Assembly (NCBI GenBank): GCA_009914755.4
Contig: CP068257.2
Location: forward strand, 17,408,001-17,472,000
From: the human T2T-CHM13v2.0 reference genome, Homo sapiens
DNA length: 64,000 nt
Reading direction: 5' to 3'
Notes under the pieces: generated by a model
What the model saw: the letters and a program-made list of their open reading frames with translations, nothing else
Database searches by the model: none
Told to the model about the DNA's origin: nothing
In this document: positions 13,591-30,639 of the stretch, in pieces
How the letters are laid out: each line of letters begins with the position of its first letter
Numbering within the stretch: the stretch's first letter is position 1
Translations under genes and position numbers: made by a program

Positions 13591-13871
13591 GAGATAGAGT
13601 CTTGCTCTCTTGCCCAGGCTGGAGTGCAATGGGGCAATCTCAGCTCACTGCAACCAACCTCTGTCTTCCGGGTTCAAGCTATTCTGTCTCAGTCTCCCAA
13701 GCAGCTGGGATTACAGGCACATGCCACCATACCCAGCTAATTTTTGCATTTTTAGTAGAGATGGGGTTTCACTATGTTGACCAGGCTGGTCTCGAACTCC
13801 TGACCTCAGGTGATCCACCTGCCTCAGCCTCCTAAAATGCTGGGATAACAGGTGTGAGCCACTGTGCCAGG
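13556..13871 (-). mobile_element. Alu (antisense), full length, with ~19-bp TSD ttgccttctttatttcttt
   Basis: PolyT/TTTC tail then gagatagagtcttgctctcttgcccaggctggagtgcaatgg ... gctgggataacaggtgtgagccactgtgccagg. TSD copies at 13537-13555 and 13872-13890. Confidence 0.9.
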
Positions 13872-16159
13872 TTGCCTTCTTTATTTCTTTGTAGTAATCA
13901 GTGAAAAAATCTTTGATGTTTTATTTCAGGATGTGAGAGAGATTGTACCCTAGTAATGTAGTAAATTTTGAAGAGATAGGAGCCCTAAGAAAAGGTACAG
14001 AATGAGGTACGCCTGCAAAGGAGATGAAAACAGGTAGCATCCTTGGGTCTATAAAGGAAATGGAATGAAAAGAAGTATTACAAGATGCCATCCCGAGATA
14101 GGGAAATGAAACCAGACAATAATAAGCACACCAAGTTAGCCTTATAAGAGACCTAGTCCACTTCCAAATGTTTCCAAGCATGTACAATTATCATTGTTAT
14201 GCAATCTCTTCAAAAAGTGCTTTTATACACAATAAAATGTGGCCAAATATGCCTGCAAAAATATACTGTTTTGTATAAGAAATATTTTGAACTAAAGACA
14301 TTTGAAAAACAACAGATGCAAGAAGGGCATTCTAATTTCCCCGTTGCTTCTTGAAAACAGATGAAATTTCCCATGTGAAAGATGCCCTTCCTGTATTAGG
14401 AGAAAACATTCTTCAAGGGGAAGTCATGGTCAAGAGACTTCGGCACAATCAAACTTTGTTAAGATAATTCCTCTTTTCCTTTATCCTCCCCACATAATTT
14501 AGTTAATTTTCAACAGTTGCATCTCTTTATTCCATATAATATAAAATCTCTTGGGTTTTGCCACTTTTTTGGATCTTCATTCTCTTGTGAGTGGTTCTAT
14601 GTCATGTAAACATATATTAAACGTGGATGTTTTTCTCCTCTTATCTCTCTTATATGTCAATTTAATTCTCAGGCCCGGCCAAGAACTTTAAGAGAGTAAG
14701 TATCAATGTGTTATAGGCTCAGTTTATGATTTTCCATTCCTTCCTTTAAACATGTTAAGTTTAGCCTACACCTGCCTCCTTACATATTTTAAGTTTGGCT
14801 TAAAGGTTTCTCTGTATTTAGTGAACTGTAACTTAACTGGATGTATAAACAGACTGTAACTTTCTCTTGGGCCAATCGCCATGTTTCAGCTGATCAGAGG
14901 CTCAAATTCTGTTCAAATAAGGCAAAGCTGAGCAGTAAGCAGTCTGGCTGTCTCTGTTTTGTGTATGTCAGTTTTCTTTTTCTATTCATAATTCTTCAAC
15001 CATGTGGAAACCCTGGAGTCTCTTTGAACCTATTCTGGATAAGGACCTGCTCAATTCTCCAATCATTTTTTGCTCAGTTAAACTCTGTGAAACCTAATTC
15101 GTCTAAGGTTTTTCTTTTAAAAAACTTAAGATTTAGTTTTCCTGGTTTGAAATTGAGTGTTGAGAAAATATTTTTGCGTGTCTGCACAGTCATGGCTTTC
15201 TCAAAACATTTTCCTGAAAAAGTGGAATCTTGGTCTTATAGCCAGACTTGCAAGTTAATTTGCAGCTGTATTCATAGTGAAAGAACTCCTTGGAAATTTA
15301 GCTAACTCCAAAGATATTTGTTTGTATTTCAAGGGCAAATGAGGCCCATTACTTTGGAGACAAATCTGGCTGCAGATACTGGACTTATCAGCCCTTTGGA
15401 AAATTTATTTTCTTACCAAAGGAGTGGAGTAAGGATCTATTCTCTGTACTTTTCCAAGAAGCACTCTCAGAAAATGAGGAGATAGAATAGTCTTTTTGTC
15501 TTCTAAAAGCAAAGAACAATTCATTTTTTATTATTTTTCTCTTGCATAAGAAGGATCTGACCATTTACATAAGAGATTTGTTCATTTGGCTTTCCTCATA
15601 TCATACTAAACATAAAAATTAAGGCAGAAAGGACCAATAGTTATTAAAATGTAAATAATAATAATTAATCTGGGTCTAGCCCAGAACACTTTATGTTGAC
15701 ATTCACTATAACATTAATATTGATGAATATTAATAACACAATGTGTTGGGAAGAGGAGTGTCAGAAATTCTTGCCACATTCAAAAGTTTCAGCTGTAGGA
15801 TAGTTCTTATTAATAGAGGATTTAATAAAAGTTGCAATGGAATAAATTGTTTTGACAGTAAAGCAAAGAAACAAAAAAAGATAAAGGTACAGGAAGCAAA
15901 CTTTATCATATAAATTAATAATTTATTTCTTCATTGTATTAGAGGTTAATATCCAGGAATGGACAAGCTTTAGAAAGGTTGGGGGAGAAACTGGAGGGTG
16001 AACTCAGGTCAGATGGAGACACATCATGTGTGCACTAATAAAGGCTTCAAATTTTTAAGATAATAAGTGTTAATATATAATAGAGATAATAATAATAAAT
16101 AGCAAATAATGTTAGTGACAGGAGGTAATCAAATGCCTAGGCAGATAGAGGTGGGTCCC

Positions 16160-16556
16160 TGGTGAAACACCACCTTCAAGCCAAAGACAGTTTAAAGCCT
16201 GAAAACCAAGCCACAAGTCTCGGATGAATCTCTAGACTACATTGGGAACCTCTCTTCCAGTTTGGTGAGCTTTCCTCAATTTGATCCCCATCCTTCACCT
16301 ATTTTACATATACCTACCTGTCTCTAATTGGTTTTTAACACTATCATGTCCTCCTTTGAGTGGTGTCTTTCTTGCATACTCACAGAACAATCAGCACACA
16401 CTCTCTCATTATGAGCCCATAAAAGCCCCAGACTCAGCCATACTTGGAGAGAGACTAGCTGCCTTTGATCAAGGGACCACCTGCTTCTCCACTGTGAGCT
16501 GTTCTGTCACTCAGTAAAACTCTTCTCTGCCCTTCTCACCTTTCAATTGTCAGTGT
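16160..16556 (+). mobile_element. ERV LTR-like element (family not assigned)
   Basis: U3-R-U5 architecture: CCAAT-like acaatcagcac, TATA-like gcccataaaagcccc, R region, polyA-signal-like cagtaaaactc about 95 bp downstream, U5-like tail. Confidence 0.4.
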
Positions 16557-17160
16557 AACCTCATTCTTTTTGGACACAGGACAAGAACTTGAGACCCATC
16601 GAGTGCAGGTACAAAAAAGGCTGTAACACTGTGGCTCTCTGTCCTCTGCCAGAACCCAGCAGCCACTCCACATGATGGGAAGCAGCAGTGGTTCCAGGCC
16701 AATCCTGGAGTCGTGGGCCAGAGTGGAGCAGTGGGACTGAAAGAGCAGTTAGCATGTTGTAACACCCACTTTGGGGCTTTGAGGTCACTGGCATCCCTGT
16801 TCGGGTGCTGCTGTGTTCCCCTTGTCTGGATGCCAGCATCCCCCATGGGAGTTGCTTGTGGCATGCCTGATCCAGCCACAAGTCCTGCACAGAGCCCACT
16901 CCTATGCCAGTGCTTGGAGTGGCCGACTGGACCCTGCACTCACATGCTCACACACCCACTACCACCACAGGCTGAGCGCACAGTTGTAGTGGCCACAGGA
17001 TCCATGCTGGAGCGCAAGATGGGCACAGTCTGGGGGGCCGAGTCAGCAAGGCACCTCTTGTGGCAAGCCACGGCCTGAGTGAGTCCTGAGCGGACACGTT
17101 GCCAGCCACATTGGCCTCCAGCTGACAAAGCAGCACCAAAAAGAAATCCTGCACCAATAA
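16557..17160 (+). mobile_element. GC-rich ERV internal-like fragment adjoining the LTR
   Basis: Abrupt rise in GC. ORFs overlap on both strands (16550-17157). The block ends at aataataaag then AT-rich DNA. No recognisable host gene. Confidence 0.35.
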
Positions 17161-20100
17161 TAAAGATACTAAGGACTTTTTAAAAAAACTTTTGAGTTAA
17201 TATTTATGATTCAAATATATAGAACTAATAATACAATAAATACTAACATATTTTTACACCAGTTTGCAAAAAGGTAGTAAAGTGAAAATTCTGCCATTTT
17301 TCAGAGAACAACAATGTTAAATATACAGATTTATCTCCTAATCCATCAACTTCCTTCCCCCATCTTGTCACAAAACTACTAGTCTAAGTCTGATGTTTAC
17401 ATTTCTTATGCGTTTCACTAACTGTACTAAATATATGGGTCAAAACCAATATAGAGTATAGGTTTTAAATGTAAAATTAATTGGTGATATTTTATGGAAA
17501 ATTTCTTTTGTAATTTGCTTTTCTACTCAAATTAGACTTTTGGTTTGTTTTGTTTGTTCAAATATCGAAATGATCTAAGTTTCTATTTATTTATTCAATT
17601 TTTTTTTTGTTTTAGAAATGTGTCTCTGATGAATGTTGGACCAAAGGGAGTAAACAGAACCCAAGACATCTAACAAAATGTTCCCCAGAATTAAGATGAA
17701 CACCAAAGAGAATAGATAATTTTATGGAAACTATGTTGGTGGGATCCACTTCCAGCTGTGTGGTAAATTTCAAATAGAAATCAATTTTTATTTCAACATA
17801 AAAATGGAAGTCAATATTGAATAATAACAATTACCTGAGTAGCTGGGGTTTTTGCTCTTTTTTATATTTATTTTTATTTTAAAAATGAGGATTGTTGTAA
17901 AACTAACATGTATTTATAAGAAGTAATACTGAGAGAATACCCTTTACCCAATGTGCCTCAATGGTAACATCCTGTAAAACTGTAGTACAGTATCGCATCC
18001 AGGATATTAGCATTTAATAGTCAAGGTGCATAACAATAGAGTTACAAGAAAATACATATAAAGCAAGTTATGCTTCCTTTAGATTTATTTTGCTCTTTTT
18101 CTTTTCTAGGCACTGTCATGAGACCTTATATTTTGAATTGGAGACTTGTGTTCTAATATATGCATAGGTTTTCTGCTCTTTGGTGCTTTAGCTTCATTCA
18201 ACAAATGTTAATGTTTTATTTTCATTTATATTCACTTTAATGTAATTTTTAGAAATTTTATCTAATATTTTTTTTCTTTAACCCATGGATTATTTATTTC
18301 TAACACTGTCACAGAGATGAAGTCAGAGCGTCTACTTATAGCCTTGCAAGGGTAAAATTGTAGGTGCCCCACTTGATTTTTTTTTCAAGGATGGAAGTTG
18401 GGCCATAGATATTTTCTGTGTTGTTTACCTGAGTAAGGATGTTATTCTCTAAAAGTTGTCTCTCCTGCTATGCTACCTCTTTCTTGGCCCTTTTGCTTCA
18501 AAAAAAGGAGGCTTTCTTGGGGGATATTTCTCTATCTGTTCTCATTGATGTTTCCAGATTGCTGGTTTCCTCAATTTCAGGATTTTCATATATGATGAAA
18601 AAAAAAAAATCCAGTGGGCTCACCACTATGTCATTCCTTTGGATCCAAGTCTCTAGTGGGTCCAACTTCTCTCCACGTTTCAGAGTCTTAAGTGACTTTT
18701 AAATTATTATTTATTTATATATAAATTAATTCGTGTAATTAATAATTATAAATAATGATTTAAAAGACATTTAAGAAGACTCTGAATTTATTTATTATTG
18801 TTAAGTTCCGGTGTTTTTAGCTGTACTTAACAGAGGAAGTAAGAAAGATTACATCTACTTCATTGTCCCAGAGGATGAATAATAATGTTGCTCTTAGTAT
18901 TGCTTTAAAATTTCAAAGAAACAACCATCTCTTTTTGTCTACTTTACCATACACACCTATTATTCTACTTTTTTCTCCCATCTTTACCCAAGGCTTAGAA
19001 TTACATTGTACTTATGCTTTTCATAATTCAGTGAATGTAACTTGTAAATCATGCATAGTCATTATAATGCCTCCTTGCTGTTACATGTTATTTTTCCTTT
19101 TTCCAATATTGAACAATATTAGTGTAAATTAGAAATTAGTTTATTTCTTCCATAGTGAGATATTTCTATAATTTTTATTATCTTATTTTTATCATTTATT
19201 GAAATATTATTCATGTCTGTGTAGGAAATGGAAAAAAATTTCTCAAACTTCTAATGACCCATACTTTGACTACAAATATTATCTTTAAATATTGCTGTTA
19301 ATGTTTTATACACACAAACTACACAAGAAAAATATGAAAGACATTTGATTTTGGAATCACTAGCAGGGTACCTGGCATATGGATGTTACAAAATATTTAA
19401 AATACATCATTACATAATCTCAACTGCAGAGGAAAAAAATGAGAAACTTCTACTTGCTTATTGAGAACTACTTCTAATGTTTATACAACTTCCTCTAAAT
19501 TTACTACATTTGGTATTATTTTGAGGACCCAATGTAAGAAAACCATGTTAACCTATTTTAAACATAAAGTTACAAAATATCCTAATAGTAAGTTTTCTGC
19601 ACTATACTTTTGAATATAACTCAATATACTATAAATATAAAATATTACTGGAAAAATTATCCTAAGATTAGATTGAACCTCTTGTGAACATATGTACATG
19701 TACTAATGGCAAGCATAGATTTCTGTTTATTTCCCTGTTTCAGTGGTAGATGGACAAATTTAAGTTGTAATACCTGTTTTTATCTTATTATTTCAAGTAA
19801 TTTTTAGATGCAAAAATGTCCTATTTTTAATACTTGTGGCTGAAAATAGTATTCCATCAAAGACATAAATCACAGTTCTCTGTGTCTCAAACTTAACTAA
19901 CGAGTTGTTATAGTAAATCAACCAAATATACTTTTTTTTCTATAAATATATGGAGTGGTCCTAGAAATAAAAGCATCATGGTGCTGGATAATACAGCTGG
20001 CCAAGTATATACATTTTAAGGTGTATGTAAGGTGGATTTCTATGAAAGATAGATCAATTGATAATAATAAGAAACAGATGTAAACATTCTTTTGAATAAA

Positions 20101-20465
20101 TTTGCATTAAAAATTGTAAAGTTAATTAACAATTATGAAATTCTTTTTCAAAAATATGTATTTAATTCCTGTTTGTAGTGAAGATTGTAACTTCACTTCT
20201 AGAATTCCCAGATAATTGTTGGAAAGAACCACAGTAAACATAAGTCAAATTATGATAAAGTTATGAAGCAAAGATGCAGACAGCTTTGAAAATATGTACA
20301 AGGGGCATCTGCCATCCCTGAGTAGATGATTAAAAAGGGCTTTCTTAAGGCATCTAGAAACAGCATAACATAATCATTTGGTACTCTGTGGTTCCTTACC
20401 ATGGCAGCAGGCTAGGTTTCTTCATGTTACGGCCTGCAGCAAGATGACCTGTATTTGAATTCTAG

Positions 20466-20512
20466 TTGTTTTTTTTTGTTTGTTTTTGTTTTGTTTTGTT
20501 TTGTTTTTTTCA
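20466..20512. repeat. (GTTT)n microsatellite
   Basis: gtttgtttttgttttgttttgttttgtttttt. Confidence 0.9.
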
Positions 20513-20689
20513 GTTTAAGACCTTAGGGAAGGTATCAAATCCCTTCGTGCTTCAATATTTATAATCTCTGAAAATACAAGCAATAATACCTGGTTATTAG
20601 GATTGCATGGTGTAATATTTGTAAAACATTTAGAAATGTACCTCACACATAGAAAATGTCTTTTAAGTTCTGGATTAAAAAATAAAGAT

Positions 20690-21480
20690 GATCAATGGCT
20701 TAAATCTAAGACCTGAAACTATAAAAATTCTAGAAGGTAACATTGGAAAAACCCTTCTAGACATTGGCTTAGGCACGGATTTCATGGCCAAGAACCCCCC
20801 CCCCAAAAATGCAATAAAAAAAGATAAATAGCTGGGACTTAATTAAACTAAAGAGCTTCTACACAGCAAAAGGAACAGTCAGCAGAGTAAAAGACAACCC
20901 ACAGAGTGGGAGAAAATCTTCACAATCTATACATATGACAAAGGACTAATACCCAGAATCTACAATGAACTCAAACAAATTAGCAAAAAAAAAAAAAAGA
21001 ACCCAAAAATTCCACCAAAAAGTGGGCTGACATGAATAGACAATTCTCAAAAGAAGATGTACAAATGATCAACAAACATTTGAAATATTGCTCAGTATCG
21101 CTAATGATCAGAGAAATGCAAACCAAAACCACAATGCAATACCACTTTACTCCTGCAAGAAGGGCTATAATAAAAAAAAAAATCAAAAAATAATAATGTT
21201 GGCATGGATGTGATAAACAGGGAACAATTTTACACTGCTGGTGGGAATGTAAACCAGTGCAACCACTATGGGAAACTGTGAAATTCCTTAAAGAACTAAA
21301 AGTACTATCATTTGATCCAGCAATCCACTACTGGGTATCTACAAAGAGGAAAAGAAGGCATTATATGTAAAAGATACTTATTCACACATGTTTATAGCAG
21401 CACAATTCACAATTGCGAAAACATGGAACCAACTCAAATGCTCATCAATCAATGAGTGGATAAAGAAACTCTATGTAAAA
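20690..21480 (+). mobile_element. Old L1 ORF2 C-terminal fragment, sense
   Basis: Sense L1 ORF2 motifs: gcacggatttcatggccaagaac; acagcaaaaggaacagtcagcagagtaaaagacaacccacagagtgggagaaaatcttcacaatctatac; tgcaaaccaaaaccacaatgcaataccactttactcctg; ttacactgctggtgggaatgtaaaccagtgcaaccactatgg. Confidence 0.75.
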
Positions 21481-22608
21481 ATTGTAATAAATTGGGTTAT
21501 TTATTACTTTCTAATATTATTGCTTTTTGTCTTACAGTCTTATATTTTTCTAAATGAATAATATTAAGAAGATAAACAATATCCAAATCATTTTCTTATT
21601 TGTACTTCAATATGTCATTATAACAAATGTAATAAAAACAAAATAGCATAAGTTTCTGTTGTAGTAATTTTCTTGCTGCTACAAAAAGGCACATGTTCCC
21701 ATTCAAAGAATAAATACTAATAATAGTATTGGAAGACCTATATTTCATTTCTGGAAAATAACATTAAACATAGGTACTAAAGTACCTTTTAAAAAGGTCT
21801 CATTATTGCAAATTATATTACATATTTTAATATATTTTACTTCTAAGATCTGGAAGATGTAGAATGGTAAATAGTAGTTAACTATATCTATATAATATAT
21901 CCATTTTTATAATACTTTTTACTATGTTATTTACTTCATCAGCTGGCTTTTGCTGTATAATCGACTACCCAAAATTTAGTGGCTTAAAAGACCAATCATT
22001 TTAGATAGATTCTGATACTTTGGGTTGACTGGGCTATGGTCTGTGTTTACTTTCCACTGCATTCTTTCACGTGTGTGTCTGTGGTCAGCTAGCAGGTCAG
22101 TTTGTGGCTGCATGATCTGCATAACTGTCTTCATATGTCTTTAGTTGGTAGGTTGTTTGGTCTAGGGACCTCAGCTGGGGTGACTGATTTGCAATCTGTG
22201 GTTTCTAACCATGCAATAAGTTAGGCTTGGTTGTTTCACATCATGGCCAAAGTGTTCCAAGAGCAGCAAGAGAAGGTAGAATCCAAAGTACAAGTTATTT
22301 TCAAGTCTGTGCTTATGTGGCATGTGTTACTGTCCCATTGGCCAAAACAAGTCATGTGGCAATGCAGTAGAGCATTGTGGATGAAGACAATATCCAACAG
22401 CATAAATATAGGGAAGAAGACTATTGCACGCACTTTTTAAAACAATAATCCTTATGGTTATTAACCTTTGCTCTAAAATGTGCTGCATAATAAAATATAT
22501 AATATCAATACATATCTGCCTGAGCCTTATCTATACCTTTAAATTAAGATCAGAGATGATGGTGTGGGAAATGTAGGATGAAAAAAGCCACATCAGGAAT
22601 TATATAGT

Positions 22609-22992
22609 TGATATGGTCTGGATATTTGTCCCCAAGGATGAAGGTGGGGTCTGGTTGGAGGTGGTTTGGTAGTGAGGGCAGACCCTTCACAGCTTGATAC
22701 TGACCTTGTAATAGTGAGTGAGTTCTCAAGAGATCTAGTCATTTAAAAGTTTGTGGCACCTCCCCCCACTGTCTTTCTCTTTTGCTACTTCTTTTGCCAC
22801 GTTTAGTGCTTGTTCTTGCTTTGTCTTTCTCCATGATTGTAAGCTTCCCAAGGCCTCTCCAGAAACCTAGGAGATGCTAGCACCCACCATGCTTCCTATA
22901 AAGCTTGTATAACTGTGGACCAATTAAACCTCTTTTATTTATATATTACCCAGTCCCAGGTAGTTCTTTATAGCAATGTAAGAATGGACTAA
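22609..22992 (+). mobile_element. MaLR (MST/THE1-type) LTR, array member LTR-A
   Basis: tgatatggtctggatatttgtccccaaggatgaaggtgggg ... aattaaacctcttttatttatatattacccagtcccaggtagttctttatagcaatgtaagaatggactaac. Confidence 0.75.
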
Positions 22993-23360
22993 CTGAAAAA
23001 ATTGGCACAGAAGGCTGGGACTTTGCTATAAAAATACCTAAAAATATGGAAGCAACTTTGGTACTGGGTAACAGGCAGAGGTAGGAAGAGTTTGGAAAGC
23101 TCAGAAGAAGACAGGAAGATGAAAGGAATTTTGAAGCTTGAAACTAGTTGAATGCTTGTGACCAAATGCTGATAGTGATATGGACAGTGAAGTCCATGCT
23201 GCCGAAGCCTCAGATGGAAATGAGGAATTTACTGGGAGCTAGAGCAATGGTTACACGTCATGCCTTAGCAAAAAGCTTTCTGCATTCTGCTCATGCCCTA
23301 AGGATTTGGGAAGTTTGAACTTGAGAATGATAATTTAGGGTATCTGGCTGAAGATATTTC
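22993..23360 (+). mobile_element. MaLR internal region, part 1a (interrupted by L1)
   Basis: Homologous to 28687-29060 (aactttggtactgggtaacaggcagaggtaggaag...ttgaacttgagaatgataatttagggtatctgg). Confidence 0.7.
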
Positions 23361-27558
<4,198 letters not shown>

Positions 27559-28315
27559 TGGCTGAAGATATTTCTAAGTAGCAAAGCATTAAGAGGTAGT
27601 CTGGCTGCTTCTAGCAACCTAAGCTCACATGTGGGAGCAAGAAAATAACTCAAATTAGAAATTCATATTTAACAGTAAAGCAAAGCGTAAAAATTTGGAA
27701 AAATTTGCAGCCTTGCAAGTGGCAGAGAAAGAAAGAGCTTTTTTAGCAACAGGAATTCAAGCAGGGTATGAAGCAACCACTTGTTAAAGAAATTTGCATA
27801 ACTAAAAGGGAGCCAAATGCTGACAGCCAAAACAAGGAAGAAAAGGCCTGGAAGGTATTTGAGAAACCTTCACAGCAACCCCTCCCATCACATTCTCTAA
27901 GGCCTAGGAGGGAAGAATAGTTTCCTGGGCCAGACCAAGGGCCCCTCTGGCCTGCACAATTTTGGGACACTGCTTCCCTCATCCCAGTTGCTTGGGTTCA
28001 GCCTTGTCTCAAAGGGCCCCAGATGCTGCTTGTGCTGCTGCTTTGGAGAGCACAAACTACCTTAAGCCCTGATGACTTACATTTGTTTTTAAGCCTGTTG
28101 GTACACACAGTGCAAGAATAAATGAGACCAAGCACCCTCTGCCTAGGTTTCAGGAGATACATGGAAAAGCCTTGGTGCCCAGGCAGGAACCTGCATCGGG
28201 GGAGAGCCCTCACAGAGAATCTTACTAGGGCAGTGTGAAGGGAATTTTTGGGGTTGGAGACACCACACAGAGTCTCCAATGGAACACTGTCTAGTGGAAT
28301 TGTGATAAGGGAGCT
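27559..28315 (+). mobile_element. MaLR internal region, part 1b
   Basis: Continues 1a exactly at the TSD. Homologous to 29060-29700 and lacks about 500 bp present in the second internal copy. Confidence 0.7.
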
Positions 28316-28686
28316 GATATGATTTGGCTCTGTGACCCTACCCAAATCTCATCTTGAATTGTACTCCCATAATTTCCACATGTTGTGGGAGGGACCCCAT
28401 GGGAGATAATTGAATCATGGGGGCAGTTTCCTCTATACTGTTATCATGGTAGTAAATAAGTCCCATGAGACCTGTCGGTTTTATCAGGGGTTTTCCGCTT
28501 TTGTGTCGTCTTCATTTCTCTCTTTGCCTGCTGCCATCCATGTAAGATGGGACGTGCTCCTCCCTTTCTTCCGCCAAAATTGTGAGGCTTCCCCAGCCAC
28601 TTGAAACTGTATTAAACTTCTGACTTTTGTAAATTGCCCACTCTCGGGTATGTCTTTATCAGCAGTGTGAAAATGGACTAATACAG
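28316..28686 (+). mobile_element. MaLR (THE1/MST-type) LTR, array member LTR-B
   Basis: tgatatgatttggctctgtgaccctacccaaatctcatcttgaattgtactcccataatttccacatgttgtgggagggacc ... cagcagtgtgaaaatggactaataca. Confidence 0.85.
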
Positions 28687-30253
28687 TAAATTGGTACCAG
28701 TAGAGTGTGGCTCTGCTGGGAAGATACCCAAAAATGTAGCAGCAACTTTGGAACTGGGTAACAAGTAGAGGTTGAAACAGTTTGGAGGGCTCAGAAGACA
28801 GGAAAATGTGGGAAAGTTTGGAACTTTCTAGAGACTTGTTGAATGGCTTTAGCCAAAATGCTGATCGCAATATGGATAATAAGGTCCAAGCTGAGATGGT
28901 CTCAGATGGAGATGAAGAACTTGTTGGAAACTGGAGCAAAGCTGACTCTTGTTATGTTTTAGCAAAGAGACTGGCAGCATTTTGCCCCTGCCCTAGAGAT
29001 TTGTGCAACTTTGAACTTGAGATAGATAATTTAAGGTATCTGGTAGAAGAAATTTCTAAGCAGCAAAGCATTCAAGAGGTGACTTGAGTGCTATTAAAAG
29101 AACTAAGTTTTAAAAGGAAAACAGAGTATAGAAGTTTGAAAAATGTGCAACCTGACAATGTGATAGTAAAGAAAATCCAATTTTCTGAGGAGAAATTCAA
29201 GCAGACTGCACAAATTTGCCTAAGAAACAAGGAGCCAAATGTTAATCCCCAAGACAATGGGGAAAATGTCTCCAGGGCATGTCAGAGGTCTTCAGCTAGC
29301 CCCTCCCATCACAGGCTCAGAGGCCTAGGAGAAGAAGTGATTTTGTGGGCTGTGCCCAGGGTCTCTGTGCTAAGTGCAGCCTAAGTAATTGGTGCCCTGC
29401 ATCCCAGTCACTCCAGCAGAGGATGAAAGGGGCCAATGTAGAGCTTGGGCCATGGCTTCAGAGGGAGGAAGCCCCACGTGTTGGCAGCTTCCATGTGGTG
29501 TTGAGCCTGTGAGTGCACAGAAGTAAAGGATTGAGGTTTGGGAACCTCAATCTAGATTTCAGAAGATGTATGGAAACACCTGGATGTCCAGACAGAAGTT
29601 TGCTGCAGGGTTGGAGCTTTCATGAAGAATCTCTGCTCAGGCAGTATGGAAGGGAAATGTGGGGTTGAAGCCCCTACACGGAGTCCCTACTGGGATGCTA
29701 CCTAGTGGAGCTGTGAGAAGAGGGTCCTCCAGACCCGAGAATGGTAGATCCACCAACAGCTTGCGCTTTGCACCTGGAAAAGCCGCAGACACTCAACACC
29801 AGCCCATGAAAGCGGCCAGGAGGGAGGCTGTACCTTGCAAAACCACAGGGACAGAGCTTCCCAAGACCATGGGAACCCACCACTTGTATCAGCGTGACCC
29901 GAATGTGAGACATGGAGCCAAAGGAGATCATTTTGGAGTTTTAAGATGTGACATCCTTGCTGGATTTCCGACTTGCATGGGCCCCGTAGCCCCTTTGTTT
30001 CGGCCAGTTTCTCCCATTTGAAACATTGTATTTAACCAATGTCTGTACTTCCATTTTAACTAGGAGATAACTAGCTTGCTTTTGATTGTACAGCCTCATA
30101 GGAGAAAAAGACTTGCCTTATCTCAGATGAGACTTTGGACTGTGGACTTTTGAGTTGATTCTGAAATGAGTTAAGAGTTTGGGGTACTGTTGGGAAGGCA
30201 TGATTGGTTTTGAAATGTAAGGACATGAAATTTGGCAGGGGCCAGGGGTGGAA
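28687..30253 (+). mobile_element. MaLR internal region 2 (~1.57 kb, near full length)
   Basis: Lies between two same-orientation LTRs. The ORF fragments at 28782-30021 are noncoding MaLR-internal read-throughs. Confidence 0.75.
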
Positions 30254-30639
30254 TGATATGATTTGGCTCTGTGTCCCCAGCCATATCTCATATTGAATTG
30301 TACTCCCACAATCCCTCATGTTGTGGGAGGGACCTGGTGGGAGAAAATTGAATCATGGGGGCAGTTTCCTCCATATTGTTCTTATGGTAGTAAATAAGTC
30401 TCATGAAATCTGATGGTTTTATCAGGGATTTCTGCTTTTGTGTCTTCCTCATTTCTCTCTTTGCCTGCTGTCATCCATGTAAGACAGGACATGCTTCTCC
30501 TTGCCTCCTGCCATGATTGTGAGGCTTCACTTGCCATGTGGAACTGTAAGTCCAATTAAACCTCTTTCTTTTTTTTTTTTTTTTTTTGTAAATTGCCCAG
30601 TGTCCAGTATGTCTTTATCAGTGATAACAGACTAATACA
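30254..30639 (+). mobile_element. MaLR (THE1/MST-type) LTR, array member LTR-C
   Basis: tgatatgatttggctctgtgtccccagccatatctcatattgaattgtactcccacaatccctcatgttgtgggagggacc ... cagtgataacagactaataca. About 88% identical to LTR-B. Confidence 0.85.

Noticed and set aside
14841-15305. 154-aa ORF in unique sequence
   Set aside because: Low-complexity, Leu/Phe/Ser-rich translation of AT-rich DNA with no recognisable domain. There is no start context or splice signals. Most likely spurious. Surrounding DNA has a faint LTR-like look (ccaatcgcc...aataagg) that I could not substantiate.
16550-17157. Four overlapping 62-129-aa ORFs on both strands in a GC-rich block
   Set aside because: Overlapping ORFs on both strands are expected by chance in GC-rich DNA, which has fewer stop codons. 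The block is contiguous with an LTR and is most plausibly ERV internal sequence rather than a gene.
28484-30021. Cluster of 98-151-aa ORFs between MaLR LTRs
   Set aside because: They lie in MaLR internal sequence, which is noncoding in THE1/MST elements. The reading frames are not conserved between the three internal copies.
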